In this document: piece by piece, positions 21,752 to 35,066 of the stretch
Numbering within the stretch: position 1 is the stretch's first letter
Layout of the letters: each line of letters begins with the position of its first letter
Source of the DNA: Blastocystis sp. Blastoise
Taxonomy: Eukaryota; Protista; Bigyra: Opalinata
NCBI GenBank assembly: GCA_039096225.1
Contig: JBBPEB010000013.1
Span: forward strand, 992,001-1,056,000
Length of the DNA stretch: 64,000 nt
Reading direction: 5' to 3'
Notes under the pieces: generated by a model
What the model was told of the DNA's origin: nothing
The model's input: only the letters and a program-made list of their open reading frames with translations
Databases searched by the model: none
Made by a program: the position numbers and the translations under genes

Positions 21752-23790
21752 ACTATTATTTAAATTATTAATATAATTAATATCATTATAATTATTACTA
21801 TTATTATAATTATAAATATTTAAAATATCATTATAAGCATTATTATTTTCTAGATATGTCCTTTGACTACTAATATCAGTGGTGTGTTTTTTATTAGTTT
21901 TGGACAATCTTAATAGAGAAGATCTTGGCTGCTTTTTATGAGTATATTGTGAAGTCTCATCAAATAAAGAAGATTTCTTTATTGGGTTCATCTGTTTATT
22001 GCATGATGTAGAAGAGGTGGTGGGTCTCATTGTACATCTAGCAAAAGAAACAGATGAAGAAGAAGGAGAAGTTCGAAGAATAGGAGCAGAAAAAGAAGAG
22101 AATTCAGGTACGGGAGAAGGATTTTGAAGAATAGGAGCAGAAAAAGAAGGGAATTCAGGTACAGAAAAAGAAGAGAATTCAGGTACAGGAGAAGGATTTT
22201 GAAGAATAGAAGCAGAAAAAGAAGGGAATTCAGGTACAGGAGAAGGATTTTGAAGAATAGGATCAGAAGAAGGGAATTCAGGTACAGGAGAAGAAGGGAA
22301 TTCAGGTACAGGAGAAGGATTTTGAAGAATAGGAGCAGAAAAAGAAGAAGGGAATTCAGGTACAGGAGAAGGATTTTGAAGAATAGGATCAGAAGAAGAA
22401 GAAGGGAATTCAGGTACAGGAGAAGGATTTTGAATAGGATCAGAAGAAGAAGAAGGGACTTCAGGTACAGGAGAAGAAGGAAATTCAGGTACAGGAGAAG
22501 GAGTTTGAAGAAGAGGATCAGAAGAAGAAGAAGGGAATTCAGGTACAGGAGAAGGATTTTGAAGAATAGGATCAGAAGAAGAAGAATGGACTTCAGGTAC
22601 AGGAGAAGGATTTTGAATAGGATCAGAAGAAGAAGAAGGGACTTCAGGTACAGGAGAAGAAGGGAATTCAGGTACAGGAGAAGGATTTTGAAGAATAGGA
22701 TCAGAAGAAGAAGAAGGGAATTCAGGTACAGGAGAAGGATTTTGAATAGGATCAGAAGAAGAAGGAGGGACTTCAGGTACAGGAGAAGAAGGGACTTCAG
22801 GTACAAGAGAAGTATTTTGTGTGATATTTTTTGAATTTCTGTTGTCTGACTGTTTACTTTTTTTTGAAACATTGCTAACGGTATCAGTGCATAAAGTTTC
22901 ATCGTATTCTAAGTCAATAATTTTTTTCTTTTTGCGAGCGAGCTGTATCTATATATATATATATTATTGTTTATAGAATATAATTATTAATATAATTATA
23001 TATATAAATATAAATATATATATATACATAATAACAATTTTCTTTGAAAACGTAATTTCGTTGGAGATCGCATTCAGGGCCAAGTTTCCTTTTTCTAAAA
23101 AAAAAAAAAATAGGTTTATTATTAGTATTCATTCATATATGTAATATAATAAAAGAGAAATTAAAATAGAAATAATTAAGAAAAATAAATAATTAAATTA
23201 TAAATTAAAAATAAATACAAATTTTCTTTTTGTTTGATCTCAGAGTTTTTTTCAACATCATCAATGAGGGTATTCAACAAGGAATGTATTATTAGCTGAT
23301 CATGAATAGACTTATTAATTTCATAATGTGTTCCTATATAAGTATAAAATAATTATGATTATTTATAAATATAATAACATAAATATAAATATAGTAATAC
23401 TATTATTTTTGACAGATTTGTGACGGGAGACAGTTTTTTGAAAAGCATTTTGTTTTTGTAAAGATTTTTGTTTTTGATTTTGAAGATTATCTTTTTGAAG
23501 GGTAGTAGCACTATCCATGGAGCCAATTTTAGATTTGGTGCTAAGGTCATTAGGTCCTCTTTGAAGTGAATGAGGATCCATTGTGTTTACACCATCTATA
23601 GATAAATAGATATATAGTATATATAATATAAATAAAAGATATCATGTATATTCGAAAGGAGAGAATCTTCCTGAATACGACTTTCGGAGATTCTGCCCAT
23701 TTCAGACATAATGTGCTTACCTTTCATTGTATTAGTGGGAGCATCATTACTAGAAGCAGCATTTGTGCTTTTGTTTAAAAAATCTGACAT
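20876..23790 (-). CDS. Hypothetical low-complexity protein, 5 exons, with Pro/Ser tandem repeat and Asn-rich C-terminal half
   Basis: Exons join in frame; the last exon 22948-20876 runs IQLARKKKK..(PSPVPEFPSSSSDPILQN)n..MRPTTSS and is in frame with ORF 20876-22030 (22903-22030=873). First donor uncertain. Confidence 0.7.
21300..21750. repeat. Coding (ATT)n and MENEMDMDMDTD-N(n) repeats
   Basis: Visible in both DNA and the ORF translation. Confidence 0.9.
22075..22812. repeat. Coding minisatellite, modular 21-54 bp units around TTCAGGTACAGGAGAAGG
   Basis: About 20 copies of the core; encodes SPVPEFP/SSSSDPILQNP on the minus strand. Confidence 0.95.
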
Positions 23791-25446
23791 ACTAATTAGA
23801 AAAGAAACAAGAAAAACGCAATTAAAAAAAATCTAAATATTTTTTTAAGAATGAAAATGATGACAATTCATTGTTTTTAAGCAAGCGGTTCGTTCCTTTT
23901 TTTATTAAGAAAAATGTATTGATTTTTTCTCTTTTTGAAAAAGGACCACTTTTATTTGGTCGACAAAGGTTCTCGTTATTATTGGATAATTTTTAACCTT
24001 CCAATCAAATGGACAAGATTAGTATTTATTCTCTATGTTTTCATGATTCTATTGATATACAGAAATCCACTCATTTTTCAAGGTCTCATTTTCATCCTTT
24101 TTTTGAGTCTTTTAAAAAACGACTTTTTTAGACTCTTTGACAACATATACACATTATAAAACAATTAAAACAGCTGTACCTAAGGGTATGTTGTTATCTT
24201 TGAAACAATAAATCAAATAATTCTTGTAGAGTACATTTAATTAGTATAAATGATAGTATTAAAAAACTAATGACACAAAACGACATACGACATTAAATAG
24301 ACAAATTCAACTTCTGAATCGAAGCATATAAAACGAATTCACATTGAAAAGACAGTTATATAGTGAATTAATAGTTGTTTTAAATATAATTAAAGTAATA
24401 AAATGCATGTATAGCATAGGAATGATATATAGAAATGGATGAATGCCTTAACTAACGTTTATCATCATTTTGTTTGTGTTGATCCTAACTCTAATTAGTA
24501 AAAATGTAAAGATTTGAGTGTATGTGTTTATTTAATATTGTATTGAGTTGTGATTGTGTATTTACTTTTGATAAAATGGTTATTTAGTAAACAGATATCT
24601 TGTGAGAATCGGTCTTATAGAACTCATAATAATGAAGAACAGCCTCTCTGAACGATATACATTAATAATTTATGTAATATATAAAAAAGAATGACCATCT
24701 TATGCTAAAAAATAATATGAGAAAAGAAAAAGAGGGGTTTTATTTTTTTTATATTTTAATATTTTCATGGTTACAGATGTTCTCTAATGTATGAACATGC
24801 ATTACAAAGTATATGGATTGATTCCTCACGTTTATACTGTTGTTGAACCACAATAAAATTATAAATGATCCCGAATCTTAATACTAATTTTCTTATAATC
24901 AACAGAATGCTATGCTTATCTAAGTCTAAAGCATTTATATGTATAAATCTGAGTTATTTTTGTATAAATACTTTTTTATAGGTCTACCAAGGAAATCATT
25001 GATTGCGTTGAGAAGAAACAAATGCAAATACAGTTGAAATGAATAGGATAGATACATAGTAGAGATACATGAGTGTTCTACTATTCGTTCTTTTAATTCT
25101 AATATGGACTCTTAAGAATAATTCCTGAATCTGTTTGAAAAAGGTAGTTTTTATGTGTAATATAATATATCTTGTGTATATATATGCATTATTGAATATA
25201 TATAATATATATATAGTAATATAAAGCTAATTTATTAATGACAAAAACTATTTCTTTTCTTCTTTATGTTTATGTTTTAAATATTTCTTCGTTTAGCTAA
25301 TGTCATGAAGTTGTTTTGATCCCTTTCTATCAATTCTTTAATCTTAATAGTCATAATGATGAAACATCTATTGAAATTCCTTAAAGTATAATTTAAATAA
25401 TAAAAAATGTATAAAGTGATTATTATATAAATATTTTTTTTTCAGA

Positions 25447-26442
25447 ATATTAGTTCGTTAGAAAGCCTTTTACATTTGATAATTAATGAGAGAAGTACTT
25501 TCTTAATAATTACTGACATGCATATGTTATCTTCATATTCAAAAAAAAGTATTTGAGAAACTTTCTGGAAAGCTATCTATATGAATTGAGTACTCAGCCT
25601 GGAAATAAAGTTCAAGATGGATTATATTATTACTTGGACTCTATGAATCAGTATATTTATTTGGTATTCTCTTCAATAAAAGGTGAACAGTTGTTGATGA
25701 CAGATATTTCTTTGAAAGATGAAAAAGTTGTTTGTGAAGCATTTGATTTTTGTGGAATTCCTGTTTCCTTACAAGTTAAGAATCATTTCAAGCATTTATG
25801 TGATTTAGAGAGAAATAAACTTGAAGATCATGGTGCTGTTGTTCGTTTAGCAGATTCTGTGAATAATCTCAAATCATCTTTATCATTACTTGAAGAGAAT
25901 AATAAGTCAATAAAAAGTTCTATTTCATCGTTAGAAGATCATCTAAAGCTTGTTTCAAGTAGTTTAGGTGAAATAGATACTACATTGGATTTATTGAAAG
26001 GAAAGATTTCTTATATAGAATATGAGTCTCTTCTTACAGAGAAAGAGTCTTTAACTAGTTCTAAGAAGTGTGAAATATGGAAACAATTGAGTGATGATCC
26101 TATTTTCCATTCAAATAAGATCCTCTATTTATTTCAACCTGATTCTACTATACTAACATATATGGATAGAGTTTTCTTCTTTATGCTCTTTAAAGATTGT
26201 TGTCAATGGCAATTATTATATCGGTATATTATTACTATTCATTCTCTCTCTACTATTATTATTATATACTAGAATGAGTGATCATGAAGGTAGTGTGAAA
26301 TGTTTCAAGGAGAAATGTTGGGAGAAGGAGAGTTTAGTATTTGTGAAGGCATTAGATGATGATAATAATATCGTTACCTTTGGAGGATATACAGCTACAG
26401 GATGGGGTAAGAACCTTATTGACAGAGATAATCCTCCTAGAC
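25447..26442 (+). pseudogene. BTB-like / coiled-coil / TLDc-domain gene, TLDc truncated
   Basis: After intron 26223-26272: WQLLYRMSDHEGSVKCFKEKCWEKESLVFVKAL..TFGGYTATGW, the first half of TLDc. The second half is absent, replaced by the TFIIIC duplicate. Apparent frameshift at A8 25541-25548. Confidence 0.7.
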
Positions 26443-26599
26443 GTATATATCTATTTATTCTATTATTAATAGTGTTATAATAATATATATTATGTGTTTT
26501 CTTGTTTTATATATTTTTATTTTATTTGTTATACTATAAATAATAGAATATATATATATATATATATTATACTATTATTTTATTATTTTCTACAACATT

Positions 26600-29330
26600 T
26601 AATATTTATTATTATAATATCATAGTTTTATTCTAATACTCGTCTTCATGCTATTCCCGTTGTTTTAACGAACAAACAATTTCAATATCGACCATTACGA
26701 ACGGTATAGATTTATTATTCTGATTATATATCTATATATTAATAAATATAGTTACATATTGGATGGAGTTCATTATCTGAATCTGTATCTCTATCTATTG
26801 AACAATGTAAAACATTATTCCTCTTACTATTTCGTCATCCTAAAGGATTAGCATCTACTCTATTTACTCTTAATATTAATTTACTCTGTATATAAAGATA
26901 ATATTTATCTATTTTATTTAATATATATATATATAGCTCCATTATATGATTATATATTCCCTGAATATTTACATCCTGCGTCTCTTCCTACACCTTATCC
27001 AGCTATATACCCACTTATCTATACAATCCTAACTATATTCTTCTTACATCAAGAATCATGTTATACAAATATAAAGAAAGAATTATTTTCTATTTTAACT
27101 AATGTATATAATAATTAGATTATATTATAATATATGATATTAATAATTATATAGTGTTTTAAAGAAGAAGATATACAAAATGTATTTTATAAATATATAT
27201 GTGAACATGCAATTTTTGGAGAAGGAAAACCAGTTTATTATTCTTACTATTTACAAAATGTATTTATTAATGTTTTCTTGATAATTAAAATTGAATATAT
27301 TAATAATATATAGAAGAATGATACACTTCCTATATATCCGCTTTCTTTATCTCAATACCTTGCTATTGGTAGTAAATCAAAAGAAATTTATATTCAAAAT
27401 AAAGTATTTTATTTTATATGTAATAAATATATTAATATATATTAATATATATTAATATATATATAAATATATATATATAGAATTTCCCATATTATTCTAT
27501 AAACAATCGTATATCTCAATTAGAAACAGATTTAGCTTCTTATATTCATTCAATAGCCAGTGGAGAATATCGAATTCTATATAAAGATCCATTATCATTA
27601 TTAAAGATTAATAATATAAGTTTATCAAATGATATAAATATTCAATCTAATGATAATAATATAATAGCAGATACATCAATAATAGAAACTATGAATATGA
27701 ATAATATTGAGAGAGATGAGAATATAGATACTGATATAGATATAGACACAGATACCGATATAGATATAGATATAGATACCGATATAGATATAGATAAAGA
27801 ATTATTTACTATATCAAATTCAAAAGAAGATGAAGATGAAGAAGAAGAAGAAGAAGAAGAAGAAGAAGAGAAAGTAGAGAATAAGCGATGTAATCGATAT
27901 ATAGATAATAGTAAAGATATTTATGTAGTACGAAATATGAGTCAATTCTTAGAAAATGAAGGAAATAGTCGACAATTATGTATATATAAAGAAGAGAAAG
28001 ATATATATAAAAATAAAAATGAATATTGGTGTATATTAGATCCTATTCATTATGTATATATATATATATATAATTGATTTAAAAAAATAATATATTATTT
28101 TATAGAATAAGCCAGATATTGATGAAGATATTACATTATATAATTATATTGATCAATATAAATTATATATATGTATAAATAATATTATAGACTCTAGTGG
28201 TATGGATGGTATTAAGATATCTGATATATATGACAGCGTATCTGCATATATAGAACATCATTCGATTTCTCCTTATATTCCACAAGATATAGTATCTTTC
28301 CATCGAGCTATCTCCACAGCTATATTAGATCTAGAAAATCAATCCCAAATTTATAAAGTGAATGATTATAAGTGTCATAAATATATATCTAAGAATTATT
28401 TGAAATATTATATTCTTCCTGATTTAACTTCATTCTCAGTTTCAACAGATTCAGTTTCTTCTCTTTCTCCTCAAACATCTGAATCTACAAAAGATATAAT
28501 ATCTGAAAAAGAAATGAATAAGACACCAATCTTCTTACATACTCATTTTATACACTTAAAGAAAGGAGAAGAACAATATGGACAATATAATTCTTATACT
28601 CAAATATTATATGTTATTATTAACTCTCCTGGAATTACTATTGTAATTATTTATTTTTTTTTATTTATTATTTATTATTTTATTTATTTATTTATTAATT
28701 ATTAATTATTAATTGTTTCATTCATTATTATATTTATTATTATATTTATTATTAATAATTTTATTATGAATAAATTAATATTTTATATAATATATATATA
28801 TATTTTCAATAGACAAAATTACATTCAATTTTTCCAACTTATCTTCCTATTGAATTATTTGATATATGTTTACATCTAAGAGATCAAGAACTGATTGGAA
28901 TCAAACAATTCTATGTATATTATATTTATTATTATATTTATTATTTATAGAAATCTTCAAAAGCATCTCTATTTTCTTCTCCTTCTATTCTAATTAAAGA
29001 TACTATTCTTTCTGATTTTATTAATAAGTATACTTATATTTATTATTCTATATCATATTTATATATATAGAAGTCCTGATACAATTGAAAATACAGAATA
29101 TTGTTTCTATCCATCAAATAATACTTTCGATCAACTATCTACATATATATTCAATCATAAAGAATATATCGATGGAATCAATATTAACTCTAAATAATTC
29201 TTCTTTTAAAAAATTATTATTTTTTTCTTTTTTTTTATTATTTCATGTTTTTTAATCATTTTTTTCTTTAAATAATTAATTTTAATTATTATTATGATTC
29301 ATATTACTTTCATATGTATATATTTGCTAT
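26600..29330 (+). pseudogene. Inverted partial duplicate of the TFIIIC gene 3' half, lacking two introns
   Basis: Starts inside an intron, first exon at 26626, stop 29195-29197, ends about 133 nt into the 3' flank. Precise exon-exon joins at 28199/28200 and 28365/28366; two synonymous SNPs noticed (26658, 26703). Confidence 0.92.
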
Positions 29331-30133
29331 ATAATTATAGTGATTTAATAAAAACAATGATTGACTTATAACTGTTACATGTATATTAAACTTGATTCTC
29401 AACAAAACACAAAATATGCATTTAAGATATCTTTATAATTCTTAATACAAGTGAATAATATATATATATATAGTATAGAAATACATATAACACAAGAAAC
29501 TATAAAGAGAAGGAAGGATGACACAAATAAATAGACAAAAAAATGTTTGCGAGATGATATTCCATACAAAACACAAATAAAATAAGAAGAAAAAATAAGA
29601 TGTGGAGAGTATATAAAGAAAATATAAATAATAAAAAGGAAAGATAAATAAAAATTAAAAAAGAGAGAAAGAGAAATGAATTAGAGAATATAATATAAAA
29701 TTAGTAGAATAGATTCAAAAGGAAAATTAAAAAAAAAAATTATTGAATAAAAGAAACTAAAAATAAAAAAGTCAAGTGAATAATGATTTATAAAAGTATA
29801 AAAAAAAAATAAGAAGATAAAGAAGGTATAAATATGAGTATATATAAATATGAAATATGTGTTCAAATTTAGTAAATAAAAAAAAAATCAAATAGATAGA
29901 AGAGAAAAAATATCATATAGTAATATATATATTTACAAATAATGTGAATAGAGAAGAGGAGCTAAAAGAAAAGAACAAAAAAAAAAAGAAAGAATAATAA
30001 TATATAAAAGGAAAAAAAGTTCAAATAGAATAGTATTTATAGCAGTATATAAAAATAGTATATATAATAGTATATATAATAGTGTAAAATAGAGAAGCTA
30101 GAAGATCTTTATATATATATATAATAATTCGAT

Positions 30134-30408
30134 TTAGAATACTCTAACCTTGATAATAGGATTAACAAAAGTAACATTATCTATATATATATATATAAGT
30201 ATATATATATGTATATACCAAAATAGGATCTTGTGTTAATAGTCTTCCAATTGAGTTTATTTTCTGTTTGTAGCGTATTATATTTATTGACACAGAGGCC
30301 ATTCGTGACAGCAACTGAAGTGACTGTAGAATTGAGAAGCGGATTCATACCGTGAATGGTACTTACTATATATATATATATAGAAGGAGAAAATACATAA
30401 ATAAAAAA

Positions 30409-30453
<45 letters not shown>

Positions 30454-31626
30454 CCCGTAGTAGAGACATCAATAACTTGAATATTCTTATAAAAGCAATA
30501 CGATGTTAATAGACGTTCAACGTACGGTTCTCCGTACGCGATGGGACACAATTCCGATAAATCAGCATTTTTAGAGAAGATGAAGAAATCCTATATATAT
30601 ATATATATATATATACAATAGAAGATAAAAGGAAAATAGAAAATAAATATATAAGCATATATAAATACAAAAGTGAATGAATTATCTTCATTGTCCTCCG
30701 TACAAAGATTGGATACATGAAGATCGTAATCGAATTGTGTTATATAATTCATTTGAATTTGATTGGTTGGTACTAAATGACGATGTCCAACTAACATATT
30801 CTTTCTAAGTATTCTTTCTTTGGACATAGAATTCTTAATAGTAAGAAGAGTATGTATAAGAGTAGAAGATTGAAAAGTCTCTGGAGATAATATACCATAA
30901 TATACAGAAGACCATTTAGACTTCATATCTTCTAAGAGAGATGTTACTAAAGGATAACCAAGGGAATTCGTCCTTTAATATAAATATATTATATATAATG
31001 AATACAATAATAATAATATATATATATATACTTAAAATGATTAACAACTGTAAATTGTTTGAATTCCGGTTTAAAGAAAGCTCCTTCAATCTTCGTATAG
31101 ATAACTATCTTAATATTATATTGTTGCTGAATATAACTGATAGAAGCATAAACTTTAGTTCGAATCTGATTCACCAACGCATCCTGTTTATTTATAAATA
31201 ATATTTATATTTAAATAAGAAAAAACATATATATATACATTGTTTTTCATAACTGGAATTCCATATACTAGAAAATAATCACTCTTGTCAACATCTAATT
31301 GTAAATATATAATAAAATAATAACAAAAATAATAAAAATACCTTGAAGATGTCTTAAATTGTTTAAAGACTCAGTTGTATTCTTTCTCATAATATCGTTG
31401 ATGCTCATCATATCACCTGAATCTTCAGATTTATCTATATCTATATATTAAAGATAAATGATGTAGAAAATGATTTCTATTGTAGTCTGATAAGGAATAT
31501 AACTTATTTCTTGTGATCCAAGAAACAAGCATATATTACACATAAAAAATATATACTGATTGCATTAGTTATTGGACTACACAACATGAAGATTATTAGT
31601 GATAGAATGCATAATCTTCTTTTCAT
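30134..31626 (-). CDS. Signal-anchored glycosyltransferase-like protein (divergent GT-A-type family), multi-exon
   Basis: Hydrophobic N-terminus MKRRLCILSLIIFMLCSPITNA; motifs TNSLGYPLVTSLL..YYG..MLVGHR..DFFIFSK..IDVSTTVSTIH; all joins GT-AG and in frame. Function is inferred. Confidence 0.55.
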
Positions 31627-32085
31627 ACTCATATTAAAGTAGAGAGAAGTATTCATTAGAATCTATAACTCTTATATGAATATATAGGTAATAATTTGAA
31701 TAAAGTAATGAAAAACACTTAACTCGTTTAAAAATTTTCTGTCGAAATCAAACCTTCTTTATCGAACTGAATTTCAAAAATATTTTTTTTGGGGTTCACT
31801 GAGTTCCTGTCGGTACTTTAGGGAATAATTTTTTCCAGATTCTTTATGAATGAACTTGTTAGTTGCAGAGTTGTGTATAATTTTATATTGTGATATGCAT
31901 TCATAAGTATATGATCATGAGTTGTGAAATAGAAATGAGTATTAATAAATTATTTTTTTAGAAATTACAAAGAAATTCTGCTTTATTAAATGAATATATA
32001 TAACAAAGCTATCATCAGAAGGATAAGGAATTTGAATAAACGTCAAGTCATAGATAAATTTAAAAGAATATGTTTTTGTCAGTTG

Positions 32086-32533
32086 TTATTGATTATAGGT
32101 TCTCCTATGAGATGAATTAGAGTGATATTTTTTATATTTATACTTGATTTGATTTGATTTTGGAGGACACATCTATAGAAGAGCATATAAATATGATAAT
32201 AATAATAATAATAGAGATATATAAAAGAATTGTTGATTCATATACTTCTTTGCATCGAACGCATGTGCATTCTAAATGATCCGACTAGATATATATATAA
32301 TAGTAAAGGATAAATAAATGAATAAATGAATTGAAATACAAAAGAGATAGGATAAGAGAAAGGGTATTTGAGTGAATAATAGCGATTATTTTGAGAGAAT
32401 AAGTCATTAGATTCCTGTAGTGTGTTATTAAACATAGAAACACAAGGAAGAGATTGAATTAGAGTGCAGAGGGAATGCATATAGTTATACATATAAGAAG
32501 AAGTACAACATATGGTAATACTATAGAAAATAA

Positions 32534-32567
<34 letters not shown>

Positions 32568-33443
32568 TTGTTTCATGTTATGAATAATAGCAGGGATGTC
32601 TTGTTGATGTGTATTAATATAGGACATAGTGTCTATTATACTCTCATTTATCTATATGAATATATATAGGGATATTAAAGGTATATAAAAATATATAAAA
32701 GTACATATATATATACATACTAATGGTATATAATGAATATAGGGTTTGAGTAGAGGTGTTATCCATGTATGAACTTCTGGAGACTATATATATATATATA
32801 GTATTGATACTAGATAGTAATATATAGAGTATAAATAGTATATATATAGTTATAATAGGAGAATAGAGAATAGGTTATACCATGATGAGGAGTGTATTCG
32901 TGATGGCATATAAAGAGAGATAACAGGAAGAAGGTGGACCAGGAAGCACTCTAGAAGAAGACACATAGATAAAGAGATAGATAAAGAGATTATATATATA
33001 TATATATACAAGGCGTATTTACATTGAGAGAGAGTCTTACTAAAAGAATATATAGAGAATATATATATAGCAGAAAATATATATATATATAATGAATAAT
33101 ATACATGATATTTGGATAGTCCCCTTTTCTATAAAATAATATATATAGTAATATTTAATAGGAACAAGTATATATATATACTTGTTTTTCAATAAGGGAA
33201 TAGACACTTTTTCATCAAGTAAATAATACTGAAATTTATATGTTTTTGGATTATCAGGATTTGATGTAACTTCGAATGCGTCAATTCCATCAGTATATTT
33301 CATATCAAGAGAACTATATAAATAATAATAATAATAATAATATATTTATATATAGAATAAATCATACAGTTCTTCTTTCATTGTTAATAAATCTTGGTAT
33401 ATAGTTTTAATTCCACTATTATCTATAGAAGTAATTATAAGAG

Positions 33444-33513
<70 letters not shown>

Positions 33514-34436
33514 GATAGATCTCCTCTCCAAAAGAGACAATTGGATCGTTGATCGAAGGAGTGTGCGTCACTATCTTGTGATACACGTATAGCCTCATAG
33601 ACCGAAGAGAGAAATAGAGATCGTGCTAGAGATGGTGTGATAAGATAGTAATAATAATAATAATAAACATAACAAACATAATAAACATAATAAACATAAT
33701 AGTATATACATGGCATGAAGGATGGTTGGAAGGTCAGTATATAGTCCATATACAGAGGGAGAGGGAGATCTGTGAAAGGAGAGGATGTGTAAGATCCAAG
33801 AATAGGGAGATATACACTATATATATATAGAGTATATGAAGAAAATTGAAAGATATATATAAGAATAAAATGAGAAAGAGATTTAAAAATAAAGAATTAC
33901 AGAAAAGGATCTATAAAGAAATAACGTTTATATATATATACGAGAATGATGGTTGTTTCTGGAAGGAGGGAAGAGAGCATTCCGATTGTAGAGTAGTGTT
34001 ATATATTAATGGGAATTGGAAGGAATTGAGAATCAGAGAGATCGAGAGGGAAATCTAGTCATAATAATAAGTATATATATTATAATGAATATTATTATTA
34101 TTATTCATATACATTATGATTGAGTAAATAATTATAAAAACCTTCAAATAGATTCTCATAATAACAATAGTCAATGTATCCATCAAACTATATATATATA
34201 TATGATAAAGTGACTGTTTATCAAATGAATAATGAACAGGAAATAGAAAAAACAAAGAGACATAGAAAAACGAAACATAATATACATAAAGAAATAAATA
34301 TATATATGTATATATACTTGATAAGATTCATGCATATAGATATAATTCCCGTTATAAACCCACTTGTCAGCTGGAAGTATGGAATAAATACATTGCAAAG
34401 GAGCCTATTAATGTATATAGAAGAGAAGATGAATAA

Positions 34437-34516
<80 letters not shown>

Positions 34517-35066
34517 TATCAAATTTCCTTTTATAAGAAGTGTATAATTGAATATTATTAAATTTAAGTTGTTCTCCCCAATTATTAGAAAAATCGCTGT
34601 TCGAGAATGGTTGATAATACATGCCTTTCTTGTTACTTGTGTTTATTGAAACAATCACACCTTTTTTATATGTATCATAGACATAAGATACACTCTATAA
34701 ATATAATATTTTTGTAAAAAGGAGTATACATTCAGAAAAGAATCACAAAAAGCACCACTTTCTTGGAGTCTCACATCACTACTTAGTTGAGTAGATAAAT
34801 CTAAATATATATATCGATAATTCTTTTAAAAAATATACATTTGAATTGTGTTTCCAACAATGGTTTTAAATCAGAGTCGACAAAAGATAAGTAATCAGGT
34901 ACAGAGAGTGATTGTCTATTCGTTTCCTTAGAGGAAAGAATGAAATCACAATAACTATTGACTAATTTATTCCAATCATTCTTAATATTATCGTTTACTT
35001 GCAATTCTCGTGGTTCCCTATATTCGTATATTTAAAATAAAGATATATATTGTAACATAGATACAT
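32086..35066 (-). CDS. Protein with C-terminal CAP10/GT90 (Rumi/KDELC-like) domain, divergent, many exons
   Basis: Spliced FDQRSNCLFWRG, LSQCKYALVLPG, WITPLLKPYIHYIPL..IIDTMSYINTH match GT90 motifs (W..K...FWRG; CKYKYL..G; L.PWVHY.PV). 5' end uncertain. Confidence 0.6.

Noticed and set aside
22027-22902. Leu-rich 291-aa and Arg-rich 236-aa ORFs as real genes
   Set aside because: Shadow frames of the minisatellite; only the Pro/Ser frame links the upstream exons to the downstream ORF.
24600-25150. Intact gene upstream of the TLDc gene
   Set aside because: Exon-like composition but multiple stops in the frame read; at most a decayed remnant.
26443-26625. Functional in-frame TLDc-TFIIIC fusion protein
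   Set aside because: A phase 1 donor joined to a phase 0 acceptor gives a stop after three codons.
26600-29330. Duplication directly caused by hAT ends, or a classic LINE retrocopy
   Set aside because: Neither breakpoint touches a TIR; no poly(A) tail or TSD; ten introns are retained.
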